Assembly (NCBI GenBank): GCA_013166775.1
Contig: JABLTJ010000002.1
Span: 78,264 to 142,263 of the forward strand
Length of the DNA: 64,000 nt
Direction: 5' to 3'
Origin: Promethearchaeati archaeon
GTDB taxonomy: Archaea > Asgardarchaeota > Heimdallarchaeia > Heimdallarchaeales > Heimdallarchaeaceae
In this document: positions 61,722 through 64,000 of the stretch, piece by piece
How the letters are laid out: the number at the start of each line of letters is the position of its first letter
Numbering within the stretch: the first letter of the stretch is position 1
Program-made: the position numbers and the translations under genes
The notes under the pieces: generated by a model
What the model saw: only the letters and a program-made list of their open reading frames with translations
Databases searched by the model: none
Told to the model about the DNA's origin: nothing

Positions 61722-62822
61722 TCAAAGAATTAAATCCAGAAAGTTGAATCTGTTATTCATACCTATAAACACTATTAGAGCACTGAGAACCACAAAAGTT
61801 AATACTATTTGGATTATATATAACCTACTAATTTTCTTATATTGTCTAGTAGAAAATGTACCTCCTTTTACAAAAGATTGTGAGGTCCAGAAGATCATTG
61901 CACACGAAGCATAGATTGCTATTACATTCAACACTAGGAGAATCAAAGACCCAATCGCACCTTCTATTGTAGCCTTACTAGCTAATAAAACACCCACATT
62001 AGCTGCTGGTGGGCACAAAGATGCAGCAACAGCTACACCCACAATTGCTGTACTTTCTCCGCGCATTATAAAAATTCCAGCTGCTAGTCCACTTGCTATT
62101 GCAAAGATTATATCACCATAATTTGGTACAGTTCTTATTGTAACTTGATTACTGTTTAAGATTAAATCAGGATTGGAATAATTGTAAATCAAACCAACAA
62201 TTAACCCAAAAAGAATTATGATGATTAATCCTGTTACTTCAGCAAACATAGCTTTTCTAGAATAGATATTCTTTGGAGTCATTGTACCAATAACTGTCAG
62301 AGCTATTGGATTTAAGAGTGGAGCAATAATCATACTAGCGATCACAATAATTACGTTATCATAAATTAATCCAAAAGATGCTAATGCTCCTGCTAAGATA
62401 ATTAGACCAATAAATGTAGGATTAATCATACCTAATCCTTTGATATTTGATATAATCTCATCAATACCTATTCCTCTACCTTTATGAGCAAATTCCTTAA
62501 TTTTAGATCTAATTGCAAATGAAACTGGTGTTACAGTTATACTTCCAAAAACTGTTCCTACACCAACTCCTTTTAATTCCTCTAAAAGAGTTGAAGTATG
62601 ATGATTTTCTATAACTGTTTCCAATGTAGCTGTATCTTCAAAAACTGAAAGGTTGAACGATATGTTTAATTTCTCTTCAAGTTCTCTAACAATTTCCAGC
62701 TTTTCAGATGGTATGATTATTTTTACCTCTTTCATGGTAAAACCTCTATTGTCTGATATTGATATTATTAATGATGAACCTTTAAAAGTCTTGCACAAAT
62801 AAACGGTGCGAAAAATAAACAA
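61722..62822 (-). CDS. polytopic membrane protein (DUF389-like)
   Basis: Soluble N-terminal roughly 100 aa domain, then about 8 TM helices. The likely true start is the internal Met (MKEVKIII). Confidence 0.45.
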   Translation of the reverse strand: MFIFRTVYLCKTFKGSSLIISISDNRGFTMKEVKIIIPSEKLEIVRELEEKLNISFNLSVFEDTATLETVIENHHTSTLLEELKGVGVGTVFGSITVTPVSFAIRSKIKEFAHKGRGIGIDEIISNIKGLGMINPTFIGLIILAGALASFGLIYDNVIIVIASMIIAPLLNPIALTVIGTMTPKNIYSRKAMFAEVTGLIIIILFGLIVGLIYNYSNPDLILNSNQVTIRTVPNYGDIIFAIASGLAAGIFIMRGESTAIVGVAVAASLCPPAANVGVLLASKATIEGAIGSLILLVLNVIAIYASCAMIFWTSQSFVKGGTFSTRQYKKISRLYIIQIVLTFVVLSALIVFIGMNNRFNFLDLIL

Positions 62823-63188
62823 GAAGCCTTAAAATTTAGGAATTATGATGTTAGAGTGGGATATTAAAACATTTCTTTCAAACATGATTAATTCCATTAC
62901 TGTGAAAAATATGAAACGAGAAATGAGATAAAATGTAGTCTTCAATTATCTGCCATTATTGTATTTGTATAACTCATAATTGAGTTTCTTTGTATCATTA
63001 TCCATATAACGAGGATACTTCTTCAGAATTTTATCTAACTCTCTATTAAGACCTTTAAGTTGTTTATCCATCTTAAATAGAACATTGTTCATTTCTTCAA
63101 CTAGACTCTTGGAATCCATATTAAAAAGATGTAAACTGTTTTTTATAGAATTAGTATGATAAGGAAACTACCGTGGTAATACAAAATG

Positions 63189-63374
63189 CTAGATTTCTTC
63201 TGCTTCCCTTTGACCTGTAATTGTTGTTCTGATATCAGGAGATAAGCAGTTTGGACAGACAGTTTTAGTTATAAAAATTCCATCTACTTCTTCCTTTAGT
63301 ACTTTCTTTTCTTCATTATTAAATCTTAAATCGCAGTTATTACAAATATAAGCATCTGGTCTTTGGACTGACAT
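63189..63374 (-). CDS. small zinc-ribbon protein
   Basis: CNNC...CPNC. 61 aa. Confidence 0.35.
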   Translation of the reverse strand: MSVQRPDAYICNNCDLRFNNEEKKVLKEEVDGIFITKTVCPNCLSPDIRTTITGQREAEEI

Positions 63375-63524
63375 TACGTCACCTAAAAGACAGTTACAGT
63401 TCTGAAATATAACTTTTACTCTGCTTTTTCTTCTTTCTCAGATAGATTATTGCTTATCCAAGAGATAAAGTTAAGAACTCTCTTTGAAAAAAATAGGATA
63501 GGAGGAATATAGGAAAAAGTCTAA

Positions 63525-64000
63525 TTATATACAGCGGTGCACTGCCGATGAGCCTATTTCTTTATATTCTTTCCTCGTTACCCAAAGTTTGTTAAATGTT
63601 TTTAGTGAGCCAAGGATACTTCCTCCAATCCATACAGAATATCTTCTTTCAGGAGGAGCTATTATTCTTACTTCTGCTGTTTCAGGTACTAGTTCTGTCA
63701 ATTCTCTATGCAATCTCTCCTTTAATCCAGGAAACATTGTTGTTCCTCCAGATAAAACAATATTCGAAAATAGATCTCGACGAAGATCTACATCACAGTT
63801 TTGTACCATCTGGTAGATTAGTTCATCTAAAGGAGCTTCTTCTGAACCTACTACTCCTGGATTGAATAGTAATTCAGGTGCCATGAATCTTTCCGGTCCT
63901 ATTGTAAGATTTTCTCCATCAGGTAAAACATATTGCTTCTCCATTCCAGAAACTTTCTCAGAGAGTTTGAGTTCCTTTTCCGGATCAAGTGCAACATAGC
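63525..64000 (-). CDS. actin (C-terminal portion; the gene continues beyond the window edge)
   Basis: YVLPDGENLTIGPERFMAPELLFNP...VLSGGTTMFPGLKERL...IIAPPERRYSVWIGGSILGSLKTF...HRCI aligns with actin subdomains 3/4 through to the C-terminus. Confidence 0.85.
   Translation of the reverse strand, partial: YVALDPEKELKLSEKVSGMEKQYVLPDGENLTIGPERFMAPELLFNPGVVGSEEAPLDELIYQMVQNCDVDLRRDLFSNIVLSGGTTMFPGLKERLHRELTELVPETAEVRIIAPPERRYSVWIGGSILGSLKTFNKLWVTRKEYKEIGSSAVHRCI

Overview
This is an AT-rich (about 30% GC), gene-dense window that is almost certainly archaeal and most consistent with an Asgard (Lokiarchaeia-like) genome. The evidence: the window ends in the C-terminal 140 residues of a bona fide actin (gene runs off the 3' edge). 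It carries at least six small-GTPase genes: an Arf-like gene translationally coupled to a GTPase with a C-terminal roadblock-like domain; a convergent RagA-like/RagC-like pair with the diagnostic HKMD and HKVD G4 motifs; and an atypical Ras-like gene. It also carries Alba, NucS/EndoMS, archaeal tRNA-splicing endonuclease, a FlaK/PibD-type A24 peptidase, a RIO kinase, a DAG-kinase-like lipid kinase, substrate-binding proteins with C-terminal membrane anchors, and a GlnRS-type synthetase beside three tRNA-Gln genes, two of which carry about 30-nt introns in the T-loop. Housekeeping and metabolic content includes UppP, a translationally coupled GcvH-like/GlcD-like/GlcF-like operon, a Zn/Mn ABC importer (znuA divergent from znuBC), a P-type ATPase, M28 and M23 peptidases, MarR plus an NmrA-like oxidoreductase, and a CrtI-like FAD oxidoreductase. 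The most striking content is a roughly 14 kb locus (23.1-36.8 kb). It holds two tandem giant (about 1590 aa) single-pass surface proteins whose conserved cytoplasmic tail is homologous to the roadblock-like C-terminal domain of the GTPase at 2067-3062. They are flanked by Rag-like and Ras-like GTPases, and a third membrane protein (841 aa) has a similar cytoplasmic domain. I interpret this as a candidate transmembrane receptor / small-GTPase signalling system; the domain homology is read directly from the sequence and the function is inference. Other oddities are an isoprenylcysteine carboxyl methyltransferase-family gene that sits in one frame but is interrupted by two in-frame TAA codons, an NmrA-like gene with no canonical start codon, and candidate operator palindromes. 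No CRISPR array, rRNA or obvious transposase was found.
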